From Camelus ferus (Eukaryota), in NCBI RefSeq assembly GCF_009834535.1, contig NC_045697.1, positions 22,074,001 through 22,138,000 of the forward strand: a DNA stretch of 64,000 bases, given 5' to 3'. Each line of letters opens with the position of its first letter. Position 1 is the stretch's first letter. The position numbers and the translations under genes were made by a program. The notes beneath the pieces are model-generated. The model was not told the origin of the DNA. It saw nothing but the letters and a program-made list of their open reading frames with translations, and did no database searches. This document shows positions 49,608 to 62,950 of this stretch, in pieces.

Positions 49608-49760
49608 CTGCCGTTTTTAACTCCATAATTCAGTTTTTAAGAAACCGGAATCACCTAAGGCCTTTGTAAAGTGCACATTCCTGACTCTTACCCCCAGAGC
49701 AATTAAATACATATCTTGCGGTAAAGGTGGAGTTGAAATATCCATTTTTAACAAATGCCA
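49608..49760. mobile_element. MER5-type hAT MITE fragment
   Basis: ggaatcacctaagg...tttgtaaagtgcacattcctg...ccccagag...aatatccatttttaacaa. Confidence 0.55.
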
Positions 49761-49764
49761 TTTT

Positions 49765-49948
49765 TTCTCACACTGTAATTAAGACCCAGTAATGGGGCAT
49801 AAAATCAATTTAGTGAGTCTTAACAAGCATTTTTTTTAATTAATGAGGAGAATAAAATGAGATGGAATATGGTTAAAATATGTAATATATATCAAGTTAT
49901 ACTGCATACAGTAAAGAAAAATGTTGTTTTGTCAAGCTTCCCTTTGTC

Positions 49949-49981
<33 letters not shown>

Positions 49982-50062
49982 CTTGTACATACAGGATAGG
50001 AATGCAACATTGATTTCCTACTGTTCGTAGTGATTTAAAAAAACAACTTTGAAAGCCACTAC
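49765..50062 (-). mobile_element. MER112-like hAT MITE containing a (TG)n tract (~49949-49976)
   Basis: gacccagtaatggggcataaaatcaatttagtgagtc...agcatttttt...atttcctactg...actttgaaagccact. Confidence 0.65.
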
Positions 50063-50866
50063 TGAGAATTCTCTTACACTATAGATTTAGAGAATGACTA
50101 TTTAGAACAATGCAAACTCTAAGATATTCCTATCCCCTCCGCTTTGAAAATAGATAAACTTACTTTTCTAAAAAAAGGCCCTTGTAGTATTTCAGTATTC
50201 CAGAATTAAAGGATAAAAATTGCCCTTACTTTGACTTTCCAAACTCACGTACTTTGCGTACATGTCAATTTTTGTTCTTTCTGTTTAAATAATCCCTCCT
50301 TCCCTAATTTTCCATGCCTTTATTATCTCCAGCTCCTTAAAGCTATCTTACAAGATGTAGGTCCCTCCAGTAAGGCCAATCCCATCTGAGCTGCCCCGTG
50401 TGAGGTAGGAGCTCCCTCGTCTGCTGCTGCGTCCTGTTAGGTCTTTTAGCCAGTGGGAAGCAGTGGCATACCAGCCAGGACGAGGCTGAGTCATCTGGTC
50501 ATTCCCATTATGTCCCTTTTTTGGATTTGCCTCTTCTGTTGCCTCCATCTTTCAAAATGTATCCTTACTTTCCCTGGACCCTTTCTAGAACAGAATCCAC
50601 TCGACTCTGACTCTATTACTCTGCCATCTTTCACCAACTCTCCACCAAATGCATTTGTTTGTGGGTAGGGGTAGGAGAGCAATGAATGGCTGCAATTCTT
50701 GGTGTTGGTTTTTACTGTAACTAAATTTCCTGATGATGGGTGGGCCTGACTGCCACTTCATTGCCTACTGTAAGGAGGATCTCAGTGTTAGAATAATGAT
50801 AAGACAGGTAACAGTTGTAACATTAATAAAACAAATGATGTGCTCAGAGTTCTACACTGTTTATAT

Positions 50867-51012
50867 CAGAGATTCTCAAAGTTTGGTGTGCATCACAATC
50901 ATGTTTGTTTTTTTTTCCTAAACAGATTTTCTTAATTTGGGGTCCGGGGGCTTTTGAGAACTGAACAATTCCTCACATAATTGCCATGCACACTGGAGAT
51001 TAGGACTCACTG
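50867..51012. mobile_element. MER5-type MITE nested in an antisense MIR (~50810-51140)
   Basis: cagagattctcaaagtttggtgtgcatcacaatca...catgcacactggagattaggactcactg; MIR text on both sides (cccatgttagagattaggaaactgaggct). Confidence 0.6.
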
Positions 51013-52779
51013 GATTGTGTAACTTACATCTCATAGTCATACTGTGTTGTAAGTGCTCCCAGTTTTCCCCCATGTTAGAGATTAGGAAACTGAGGCTTCC
51101 AGGAATTCAGTACCTTGCCTTAGAGCTTAGAGCTTATAAGTATTAAAGCTCATGTGAGCAAAGTAGGGATCCAAGAAATATTTTTGAATTGTTACTGAAA
51201 TGAGAAAGTTTATGTGTCAACTTTAAGTCCAGTCCTTTTTCTAGCTGAAAGAAGAATCGATGGAATAGTTATGAATTTGGGACTTTAATCTCCTTCTTCA
51301 AATGTCTCATAATCCTTAAGTATGAAATTTTTGACATTTACATCACTCATGAAAGATTTTCTTAAGGCACCAAGTATTTTAATTAGTGGTACTGTGTTAT
51401 CTGAGGGGAGCAATGCACCATCTAGAAGACAATGCATTCTGGTTGTCATTATATGAATACCACGGGTAGTCACAAATAGAAGCACAGAGGTCACAGGACA
51501 GAGCAAGGGTAATGTGTCCTGGATGGGTGATGCAATGTGTTAGTAGAATGACATGAGAAATTTGGGAGAAAAAGAAAGTGAAAAATTATGGCATAAAAAA
51601 TGTCAAAAGGAGGAAGCGGAACTAAAGACATGGTTTTAGAAATGCTTCATAAAGCTGCCGGTGATGTCCTAGTCTTAAAGGAAGACCTAGTAAATTATTG
51701 TATAGAAATAAAGTGATGACTAGCAATATACATTTGTAATGATGAAAAATAGAGTTATCATTAGCCGTATAAGACTAATTGCTGATTGAGGAGTGTAATA
51801 TGTCCTGCATGTCTTATGACAAGTATTAGATAACTTCATGAAGATGAATTTGCTTGTGTTTTTAGTGGCATGTTGATCATCCCCATACTAATGAATAAAT
51901 AAAACTCTCTTAGTCTTCTTGTTTTTGAACAAAACCCCAAGCATGGCTGATTTTAATTACAAATTACTTTCTCTAGAATGTATTATAGCTTTTAGAAAAT
52001 AACACCCAAGTCATTTATTTTCCCAAAGTAGATAAAGTGAATGATAAGAAACACTCATTTTAAGTTTTTCTGTAATCATCTTAAAAATGTAGGCCATCTG
52101 CTTCCAAAAGGGTTTGGAGTAATTTATGATAAAACAAATTTACAATGAGACATTAAAATAGAAGTAATACCTCAAAAACGACATAGAGAGAAGAATGAGG
52201 AAATATACCTGCCCTACTTGGGCTTATAAATAGATGAGATTGAAGGCTGAGATTCCTGGCAGCCAAGGCAGAGTGAAATTAGAATGATTTTCCATTTTAT
52301 TTTATGATTAGAGTGGATTTTCAACCCTGCTGGCCTCAATGCTGAACTCTCTCCCAAAATAATTTTGAGATGTAGTCCAAGTGTCAGTATTCTTTAAGGT
52401 AGTTCACATGCACAAGCAAAGCTGCACAGCTCACCGGGGCAAAACAAAGCAGGATGGTTCATTAGACTTTAAGAAAATTACTTAAACCCCACATGGTAAA
52501 AAGTAAACTATATGTCTTGTCAACTCTGAGTATCTAATTTTCAGCCTAAGGAACTCTTATCAGAAGTGGCTGAAATAATTGATTTTATTCTCCTCAGGCC
52601 TTGCTTTCTTGTGTAGTCCAGGTTCTACCATCCTGTACTTTTAAGTAATCTGTGCAAGAATATGAGTTAGTTAAGCCAGTGTTCTTGTGAATCTATGCAG
52701 AAGTCAGTGTCTGTTTATCAATTTCTCGGGGGTCAATCAAGGCCAAGCTACTACTTGAGTAATAACTGAGTTAAGAACC

Positions 52780-52920
52780 AACTCATGGATCACTTAGCAA
52801 CTGTGTGACTCTGGGCAAGTGACCTCCATGGATATTGGTTTCAGCACCTACCCCATAGTGCTATTGTGAAAATTAAATAAGTTTTGAATGGACACGTGAT
52901 AAGCAATCAATGAGTGTTAG
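52780..52920 (+). mobile_element. MIR fragment
   Basis: cacttagcaactgtgtgactctgggcaagtgac...cacctaccccatagtgctattgtgaaaattaaat. Confidence 0.7.
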
Positions 52921-54969
52921 GGAATATCACTATGGGTTCAAGTACAGACATTTTATCAGCTATATCATTAAGGAGGCTTTGCCTTCTTCCAGTGTGTTCT
53001 GGGAAATGTCTGCTACCAAATACTGATTGCCCCCTAGAAAGGTTTCTCTTTCCATTGATCAGTTGCAATATGTGAGTTTCTCGCTCAGCAAAGTATCTCT
53101 GTTTTGCTTCAGGGTTCCCTGTCAAACGAGATGAAGGTAATACATGCCATCTCTAGTTATTCACAATCTGCCATCATAAGCAGTTGTCATTAAAAAAAAA
53201 ACTGAAGTTAAACATTAAAAAAAAGGCTTCCCATGACTGTCTTGTTTCCTCCAGAATATGAGTTGACTTAATTGCATGGTTTATTATTAATTTTATTTCT
53301 TAATACAAAAAATGTGTATAATGAGATCCAAGGGGCAGGAGCACTGGTGATTCAAAAACTTTAATAAGCTATAATGAGTTTCACAAATCATGGGTACTCA
53401 AAGTGTTATCATTTTAGCGCTTCTAAAGTGAATGTTAAGATATCAGTGAAGCAATGTGTACAAAATATCAATGTATATAAAGTTGTGTGAAAAAGAATCA
53501 GAAACTTGAAAAAGGTCATAAGATAAAAAAAAAAGAAAGAATAAAAGTATTTTATTTTAGATATGGTTCCCCATGTATCTTATAAATATGAAATGTAAAC
53601 AGGCTTGGAAAGCCCAGTAGAAGTAGTACTACTACTAAAATATGATGTAATTGCCTTATGGACTTGTTTTTTCCCTCATACTTAAAAATGTCTCTTTTCT
53701 ATAAGCTTAAGAATGCAACCATTTTTCTCAAGGAGGTGGTGATTTAAATAAGTTGCTCTTGTGGCATTTAATATCGAAATGATATATGGCAAATATTGGG
53801 TAATATTAGTTACACTTTCAAATTATGGCTGAAAATTAACCTCCAGTCAGTTTCTGACTACCTGCCCTACTGCACAAGAATCACATTTGAGTCCTCACAT
53901 AAGGGTCAAGTTGTGAGTATCTTCATTTCCCTAAAGAGTCGTGAAATGCCAGCATGCTTACTTATTATTTATTTGGCGAATTTATTTTCCTCCTTTCTTC
54001 TGAACGTCTCAAGTTTTTATACAAAGAATTCATCCTCCTAGAAAGTGTCTTCAATGCACAAGTATAAAACAAAGAAGAAATAAGAAAGAAAGTAGCAGAT
54101 ATGAGGCAATATCTACAAATATGGTAACTCCAATTAGGCACCAATTAGGATTTATTAACTCTCTCTAGTGTAGATGAGGCTATTCTTGAAAATCAAGACA
54201 TTCATTATCTTTTTTTTATGTTAGCCTGGTGGGACGGATTCATTTCTTCCAAGTTCATGGAATTTCTTTTAGTGCCTGTATCAGCTCTCTAAATCTTCGG
54301 CCTTGTAGACACAATTTTGAGTTCAATTCACCATTATCATTTATAGAACACTCTACAATGTAAAATCTGTTTCACTTACAAGATCAAATTGGATTTTCAT
54401 TGCATTTTTTAAAATGGAGAAATCAGCATTTATATTTACAAAAGTTGAAACCTGGCTCGGAAGAATTAAGTCAGTGGCCCAAGCTTGTTCAACTTCTCTT
54501 TGCTGTCAGAAAAATAAATTCTGGTTTCCAGATTTGAAAGTCCAGGGGTTTCCCCAAATACAACATAGTTATCTGATCGAAATATAAATTTGAAGTGGAT
54601 TTCCCCACATGGATGAGTCGACAGAGACCAGGTCCACTTGATTTTGTTATGCTTGATATTGGTTCTTTCACTGTATTAAGAGAAAAATAAATGTGAAAAT
54701 AGATTTTAAAGATTATTTTAACATTTTGACACTTACTAAACACTTTCAACATAAAATATAAAACAATGTATTTGAGTGTGTTATGAAATCAGTCTAGTTA
54801 TTAGAATTCCATGCTGGTTCTCAATGCCCTACTGGTGGGGTGATTCAGGAATGGAAAATCAATTTACATCTGAGTGATGACTTTACCCTCTGCCATAAGT
54901 GGGAAGCCTGGGCCCAACTGCTTTACTTCTCTTTTCTCCCCATCATGTCTCAGGTGCTCCATGTCCCAC

Positions 54970-55484
54970 TGGATGCATTTCCTCTTGCTGCTGTCACAAA
55001 TTGCCAAGAATTTAATGCTTTAAAACTACGCTGATTTTTTAACTTATAATTTTTGATGTCAAAAATCCAAAATGGGTTTCCCTGGGCTAAAAGCAAGGGG
55101 TTGGTAAGGTAATATTAATGCTGGAGGCTCTAGAAGAAAATCTACTCTCTTCCTTACCTTTAATAGTGTCTAGAGGCCACCACCTTTCCTTGGCATGTGG
55201 CCACTTCCTCTTTCTTCAAAGCTCAGGAAGGTGAGTTTAGATCTTCTCACATTGCGTTATGCTGACCTCCTTTTCTGCATTCCCTGTCTCCTTTTAAGAG
55301 CCCTGTGATTACCTTGGGCTCACCCAGATAATCCAAAGTAATTTCTGTATTGTAAGGTCCATTGATTAGCAATCTTAATTCTATCTGCAGTCTTAAACTC
55401 CCCTTTGCATGTAAGGTCCCCTATTCATAGGTTCCAGGGATTAGGACGTGGACATGATTGGGGTCCACTTTTCTGCCTTCCAAA
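54970..55484 (-). mobile_element. MLT1D solo LTR
   Basis: ttcctcttgctgctgtcacaaattgcca...tggaggctctag...ccctgtgattaccttgggctcacccagataatcca...gattagcaatcttaattc...ggttccagggattaggacgtggacat. Confidence 0.88.
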
Positions 55485-57479
55485 CCCACTGTCACTGATT
55501 TTCCTGGAGTCATTTGACTTGTATTAAGAAATGAAAATGAGCATACACGGGACAAAGAATATATTCTTCCTTAGGGACACTGGTAGCTGTTCTTTTTTGA
55601 CAAATAGATGAAACAAGTAAGTGGCAGGGATGGCAGAGGAGAAGTGGGTTTACCTGGGTAGCAGAAGATTCTGGGTTGAGTTAGTTAGGTTTCAACTCAA
55701 TTTAAGAACTAAATCTTGAGCTGAACACTTCAGAGCCTTATTCCATTTGTGTATCCTGATTCCATCCAGACCAAGAAAAGCTACTTAAGGACACAGTCCT
55801 TCATTCCGTAGAATATGAAAACCCAATGTTTTTCAACGTATATAGTTTCCCAAACAGATTTTACCAGGTGCAGTTTGGGTGAAATGCCTAGGATAGAAAA
55901 GAAAAAAAAAAAAAGAGAAAAATGTGAAGCATCTGTTTGAGTGGATCCTAGAACGCAAGTTTCATTTTCATTCCTTTCAGTGTGGAGGGCTGATTCAGGT
56001 GCCTGTGAGGCGGGCTTGCTTCTCAGCTTCCCCGTATTTTAGGAGGTAGCTGTTTAAAGGCGATTTTTTGTCCTTGTGGTTGTTTATTTGTTCATTTTTA
56101 GTGTTTTAGTGGTTGGAAACCTGGGCAGCTCTTTTGCAGTTCTGCTTGGAGTTCTGCATTGCTCCCTTGAACCGCTGCAGACTGACTCCAACTGTGTAGT
56201 TTAAGGCAGAGGTTTATCGACCTCATTCAGCTGCTTCTGGAACTCCATGGGTGTGTAGAGTAGTCATGCAAAGCAACCAAGAGGCTTATGAACTGAGCTT
56301 TTGATGATTATCACAATAGCAAAAAGGAAAGAAAAAGAAACCTTTGCTTGTATTCTCTGAGTGCTTTTGTACGATTAATCTACACTTGCCCAACCAAGCT
56401 TAATCTCTCAATTTGCAGCATGTTGACTTTTTGGCACAGTGGTAGGCACAAAGCAAGTGTTTAATAAGTCTTTGCTGGATTGAATGTCATTGCAAAGATA
56501 GTATTTTTCTCATTAGTTGCCTGTCAATATTCTCTTTTCCTAACTAGGCCTCCCTCTGCCTTCCTGTTTCTCTGTGCCCGTAAACATAGAAGCTTACAAG
56601 GGAATATGTAGGGTCTCAAAGGAAATGGGAGGTGAAATCCAGTCAGTGGCCCAGTTTGCTTTCACCACTCAATTTCATACCAACTTTACTAACCTCTGCT
56701 ATTGGAATCATGCATTTAAGAGATGAATGAGACCTTACAGCCTCTAGCGCACAGTAGGAATGCAGCTGAACATTTTTATGTGGTTGAGTCAAAGAAGAAA
56801 TCACAGAAGAGGTGGTTTCACAGGCTAGGGAAGAACATGTTCCGTGGAGCTGACATTCCAGAGAATGTCTTTGCTTTTTCACAAATGTCTTTTACAAAGA
56901 TGTTAAAGCCGTCTTTGTAGCTTTTCATTGAGGTAATTGACTAAAATGTTTGGTTATTATGTGTATTTTTGTTCATGGTTTTCATTTCATGAGTAAACGC
57001 ATTCCAAGTTGCACTAATATTTTCAAGACCATGCAGTGCACAAAGGAATTTCTTAATGGATGAGCAGAGTCTACTTTTAAAATCATTGATTTCAATCATG
57101 TATTCACTGATTCAACAAACCTATCTTCTAAAAGTTTCAGGTAATTAAGGAATGTAAAGGATATTAAATACCATCTGTTATAACTACTTTATTTTAAAGT
57201 TGAAATGCTAAAGCTGAAAGATTAATCTTTCCCCCAGATTTTACTCTTAGTATCAGAGCAAGTACTGGACTCCAGGTCTCCTGATCCCTCAGGTCAGAGT
57301 TATTTCCAAAAAGAACAAGAAATAGTAAACCATGATAATAAATGACAATTGAATCTAAACTATGTTCAATGCACTGTTACTGAAACAGAAGTATAATGGA
57401 TACACACTGTTTGAGAGGACTTTATACACTAGTTGAGAACTCTTTTCATTTTAAAAAATGTTAACACAACAGAAAAGTT

Positions 57480-57760
57480 GTATTTTTTACATTTGAGTTT
57501 TTACATTTTATTATGGTTGAAAATAATTTTTAAACAGCATTTTATGAATTGGGAAAGTTACATGAAATTGAAATTCCCATTTCCATAAATAAAGTGTTAT
57601 TGGGACTTAGCTCTTGTCATTCATTTATGCATCTTCAGTGGGTTATTTTTCAAGACAATGTCAGAATAAGTAGGGGTGACAGAGAAAAAAGAGACCTCTG
57701 ACCTATAAGGCCTGAAAGATTCACTTTCGGGCCCTTTATCAAAAAGTTTGCCAAATCCTT
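57480..57760 (-). mobile_element. MER58B-like hAT MITE
   Basis: catgaaattgaaatt...ccataaataaagtgttattggga...cattcattta...gtgacagaga...ggccctttatcaaaaagtttgccaaatccttg. Confidence 0.75.
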
Positions 57761-58401
57761 GACTAGGTTTAATAGAAGCCAGCAAAAAAGAGCAAAACAT
57801 AGATCAAACGATGTGTGCACAATACTGAGGACCCACGCTTCATGTTTTAGAGCACACTATCTTTTTAGGAGTTTTTCAGAAGAAAACGATGTTTGCCTAC
57901 ATTTACTAAGAGTTTTAGGTTTGGGCTATTCTGTTTTCTGATATTTTCATTAGAGAAAAAAAAAATAGGAAACCAGTTTGTATTTTCAGGCTAGATTAGT
58001 TCTTGCAGTAGTTTGAATATTAAATTTATTTTTTTCTCATTTTAAAATCGAAATATTAACATGATCCGTACGCGAGAAGTGACACCAGTAAAATGAATAG
58101 CACTTCCCCGGCACATAGTGGCTTCTGTTTTAATACTCTGGTCGTTATTCTTCTGCAGTGTTAAATAGTTTGTGACCTAGTGGGCTAAGAACAATAAAGT
58201 ATAACCTGCATTCTTGGCTTTTTTCAGGACAAACATACACAGTACTGTCAAAATTAATGACATTTTGTAATTGCATGTAAGTCAAAAGAAATAAATACAG
58301 TTATTTAACTTCTCCTTCCCCAAATGAGTTTTAATTAACTAATACAAATGTCTCAACATGTTTCTTTTTTACTCCCCTTTCATCTGCTATTGACTTGAAA
58401 G

Positions 58402-58485
58402 AAAGAAAGGCAGTTTGAAGTACGGAAGAATCTTGAAACGTTAGCAAAGGAATATGCCCTTAAAAAGTTAAAAGACCTCATTAAG
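58402..58485 (+). other. Candidate 84-nt exon (phase 0-0), or start of a terminal exon reading to 58638
   Basis: CTAAT branch-like motif, pyrimidine tract and ~70-nt AG-free zone, then AAG acceptor; frame KERQFEVRKNLETLAKEYALKKLKDLIK; AAG|GTTTGT donor. Confidence 0.22.
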
Positions 58486-61009
58486 GTTTGTTTGAAGATT
58501 CTGCCAGACACAGTCCAGCTAATTCCCTATGGAATCCTAGATATGTTTGTTCAGTTGCCACTGACACCGGTTGAAAATGTTTGCAGATTAATCAAGTTCC
58601 TGTTCATTTGCGAGGAAAGATCTCACAGTCTGAGATAACTCCTCTTTAAAAATAAAAAGCCAAAGCAGGGCTCCTTATAATACAGCCATGTCCTGCTCCA
58701 TGACTGTTTCAGTGCTTTATGACTGACAAAAAGAGTCATTAGAAGTCTGTCTGATGGACGTAACTAAGTGAATTGCAAAAACTAAAAAAGCCTTTCAGCC
58801 CATTCAGAAATAATTGATGTGACGGAGACAACTATATGTGAGTTCCAGATAAAGAGACAATTTATGGAGAAACTATTGAAACTAAAAAGGAAGGTGCAAA
58901 TTTAAAGTCCTCCATAAAGTTGTCTGTAAGACACAGAGCAGCATTCAACAGGGAAAGAGATTTAACCCGAAGTTCTTTCCAGAAGCATCCTTAGGGCTCT
59001 AACTTCCTGCAAACGAAATCCTCATAAAGGCAGGGTCGTCACAAAGTTGTAAGAAATGGACTCCAAGGGGGACATTTCTGCATTCTTACCCTGATGTTCG
59101 TTTTCTTCTTTACTCCAAGTAGTGTGTATAATAAGATACTCCTGAAGTTCACCTCTTTTCTTTTCCTTTTTCAAAAATTGGCCACTGCCCTAACAAAGAA
59201 AGCAGTCCATTATCATTGGGCAGGTGGTAACTTAGGAGATTTTGCTGATGTCGATGGAGGGCCAATACTTTAAAATATTTCGGATTATGGAACTTAATAT
59301 TTGCTTTTATGGTGGGATGGTTACCTTTTAATCAATCTAACAATTAAGAATGGATAAAATAAAGTTTTTATTATTATTCATGTATTTTTGAATATGCATC
59401 TGGTCCTTATTGCTTTTCTTAGAAACTATAAGTAAACTTGGTGACAGGGATTTTTTTTTTAATAGGTTGCCCCTGTTATACATATTTGATAATGATCGAA
59501 TTCTGAAATCAGAATAACATACTATCATTAATTTCAGGATTAATTTCCAAAGGTGCAGATTATAAATAGTGTTATCATATCAGTATTTTCAAAAAAAGGA
59601 GGGTGGTTATATAGTTCTCTAAAATTTTAAAAAAGCAATTTAAAAATGAATCTGCAAGATAAGAAAAAGGCAGTTATCATACTTGCACATACAAGTACAA
59701 TTTGTCATCAGCTTTCTAGGTATTAAAAAAAACCTTTTTATAAAATTGTTCCAGTCCTCTAATGAATTTGAAATGTACAGACTTAACTTTCTTTGAATCC
59801 TCTGAATCCAGGTTGAGATGCAGCTGCTAGTCCATATTTGAAGTAGAAGTTGTGATAATTTATGTGACCTCTAAACCTGCTAGACTGCCTGGATTTAGGT
59901 TTACTGTTTTGTAATCCACATTATCAATTATGGAAAGACAATTTTATAAGAAAGAAGAATGAAACAAATGCTCACCACCTTTCCCCTTCATGAATGCCTT
60001 ACCCCTTGCAATAATGTCACCAGAACACCAACCTTGTGTCATCCAGACATGTTCTAAATTCCCTCTTCTTCCAAGCGGGCTGTCTTTCTCTTGATCCCAA
60101 GTTTACCAATATCCCATCTTAGCTTCTGTTCCCAGTCTCCAAATTAAAAACTCCGAGATATTAATAAGTAAATACATTTGTTGAATACATTACATCGTCC
60201 ACCCCACAGCACCCAACTTCATTCTTATTTGCCATGTTTGTCCTTTCAAGGCCATGAGGTTAATTTCATGTGGAAATGGTCATGGCGATTACACATCCCT
60301 CACCTTGGGCTCACCAGAATTTCTGATGAGGAGGGGAGGGTAGGAAGAGGCAGCAGTCCTTCTGGACCCCCATATCATGAGGGCAAGCACAGAAGGTAGA
60401 GGACCTCCCCCTTTGCACTTGTGCCCCATTCCAGTGTGCCCTCTGGATTTCTAAAGTGGATAAAGTTATATAAAGAACGGAGAACACTGGGTCCCAGTCT
60501 ATGGTAGTTTAAAGCAAAATCAACTCTAATGCATTTTCTCATCTGGGACCTGGCATGACGATGGAGTAGCACCCCACGCCCCAGGGACTACGTATTACCC
60601 AGAGTTACCTTTGAATGTATGTATATCTTCAAGTGAAAGTCTCCAGTGTGTCATAATGGAAACAAAAAATAATTGATGAATGTCATTCTCAAATAATTGA
60701 GTATAGAAACACACATGGTTAATAAAAGATTAGATTTCAATCGTTCTTGAAAAATTTGAGTGTTATTGTATGTACATGCTTGTTTCACAAATGATTTGCA
60801 TTTAGAAAAATAAAAACAATACGTGAATAGAATTAGGTTTGAAATATCATGAATTTTAAAAATTCTATTTAGAAACTTTGTAAATTACTGGGTCAGCTCT
60901 ATATTTTCTTTAAAAAAAATCTAAAACATAATAGGAGATAGGTCTAGTTACATAGCTGTGGCCTGAGGTATAATACCTTTTATAGTATATGTCTTTGAGG
61001 GAGCTTAAG

Positions 61010-61190
61010 GCTCTTTTTATAAACTACCTCATTATTTCTCAGAGAATTTAAGTTAGGACGGGGTAGATATTATTTTCTGCATTTGGCAGACCCCGAGCCT
61101 AAGGCACAAGAACCAAAGGTCAGCTAACTTATCTGAGGTCAATGGGGAATCTATAATGCTGCTTGGAATAGAATCTTTATTTTCTGTTAT
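61010..61190 (-). mobile_element. MIR fragment
   Basis: ggggtagatattattttctgcatttggcaga...ctaaggcacaag...ctaacttatctgaggtca. Confidence 0.55.
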
Positions 61191-61659
61191 TTCTAATGTA
61201 ACATTGTTTTCTCATTTTAATCGTTAAACACATATACACATGAACACACACAAACAGTACATGCAGCTTCTCAACATGTTTCACTATTGACTTTGCCTTT
61301 GTGATTCTATTTAAAATTTCAGTCCTCTCTTAATTTTAGTTAGTTTGCTTCTGGTCTCTGATTTCTTTCATTCCCAACAAGCTTAGATTATCAGGCATGT
61401 TTTTACTTGCCCTTCTTTGCTTGCATCCTCAAATATTTACCTTAAAGCAAATTTTTTTTTCAATAATAGTGAAGAAAGACAGAAAGTCCATAAATAAAAG
61501 ATTTTACACAAATCTTTTTTTTTTCTTTTAACTGCCACCCTCTCTCTCTCTTATGCCATATTTTAAAAATTAGTAGTCTATCCCCACTTTCTCTATATAT
61601 TTACAAGTGGGTCTTTTACTTCCTTTGATTTTTATCTCCTTGCGTGGTTCCCCAAAGCT

Positions 61660-62150
61660 TAGAGATTTTATAGCACAAGTGACCTTCTAATGGATGAACC
61701 GAATGGACATAAGGTGATCAGCATTCTTCTCCACATCTCTGATGCTTTGGTTCACATAAAACTTTATTCTGTTTTTCTAGAAATTACCACCTTCCTTGGC
61801 TTCTGAATTTCAAAAGTGACCTACTTTTCTTATTCACCATATTTTTTATCCTTTGCTGCTGGCCCCCAATATGGAATCTATAACTGGTCCTCAAATGTAT
61901 ATTATTTATCAAAATCATTTTTGAGATCTCAACCCAGAAACTCCTCCTCTGCAGTGCCTGCCCTAAATTCCCCAGCAGATTTCATGGCATTTTTTGTACC
62001 TTTATTTTATTAAAGGAAACTTAAATAATATTATATTTTGTCTGTTTTTATATACCTATAAGATTTGAGTTTCTTCAATGTGTCATCCTGAAAACCCTGG
62101 GACATAATGGGAGGAAACAAATGTAGGTACAGTGAAATAATGACGAAATC
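61660..62150 (+). mobile_element. L2 fragment (degenerate)
   Basis: caagtgaccttctaa...ccaccttccttggcttctg...tataagatttgagtttcttcaa...ccctgggacataatgggagg. Confidence 0.45.
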
Positions 62151-62789
62151 CAGTCAACCACACAAGCTCACTTTATAATGGCCTCGCTGCCTATTCTTAG
62201 TGCTGTTTCCCATAATTCCTTCTTTCTCAGAATAATCCTCTGCCTTCAACATTTCTTGTTCCTCCCGTTTTGCTGAGAATGATCAGATCATGTCTTCAAT
62301 CTCCTCCCTTTAATTAGATCATTTATTTGCCTAAATAAAATCTTTGATTTTCACTCCCTATTGTTTATAATTCTCACACATGTTCCACTCACAATTTTTT
62401 GGAACAGCTTTCTTAGAGACCTCTTTCTTGCACTACTTATTCAATTTTCAAGCACATTTTCATAGTTTAAAAAAAAAAAAACCTACGGGAAAGCTGACAC
62501 TCTCCTTCAAGTTTTTCTGCTTTTTCTTATGTCGAGTAGACTAGGTTGCCTTTGTAGGACATAAAGTCATTCTTCACTCTAGAGAGAAAAATGGAAATCT
62601 CAGATGTCTCAGGTCACTAGATGTCTTCATGTTCATACTTTTGCATCTCAGGATAGAACCATGATTGTACTGACTCTCCAGGGAAACGCTATGGACACTT
62701 AGAGGACCAGCTGGTTTCCTGGAGCAGTTTGTTCTTTTTGACCTCTTTCCAAATGTTCTTTCAATTGTTGAGTTTATGCTTTTTCTCTA

Positions 62790-62950
62790 TGCCTCTTCAT
62801 CACCTCTGGAGAGATCTTACAAACTTCTAATATCCAGTCCAACCCTGAACACTGATTCATTGGGTTTAAGTGAAGGCCAGACATTGGCATTGTGTTGTCA
62901 TAAGTTATTTGGCACATCTAAGTTTAGGAATCACCACTTAAACCACTCTA
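62790..62950. mobile_element. MER5-type MITE fragment
   Basis: atcacctctggagagatctt...ctgattcattgggtttaagtgaaggccagacattggcatt...aaaccact. Confidence 0.5.
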
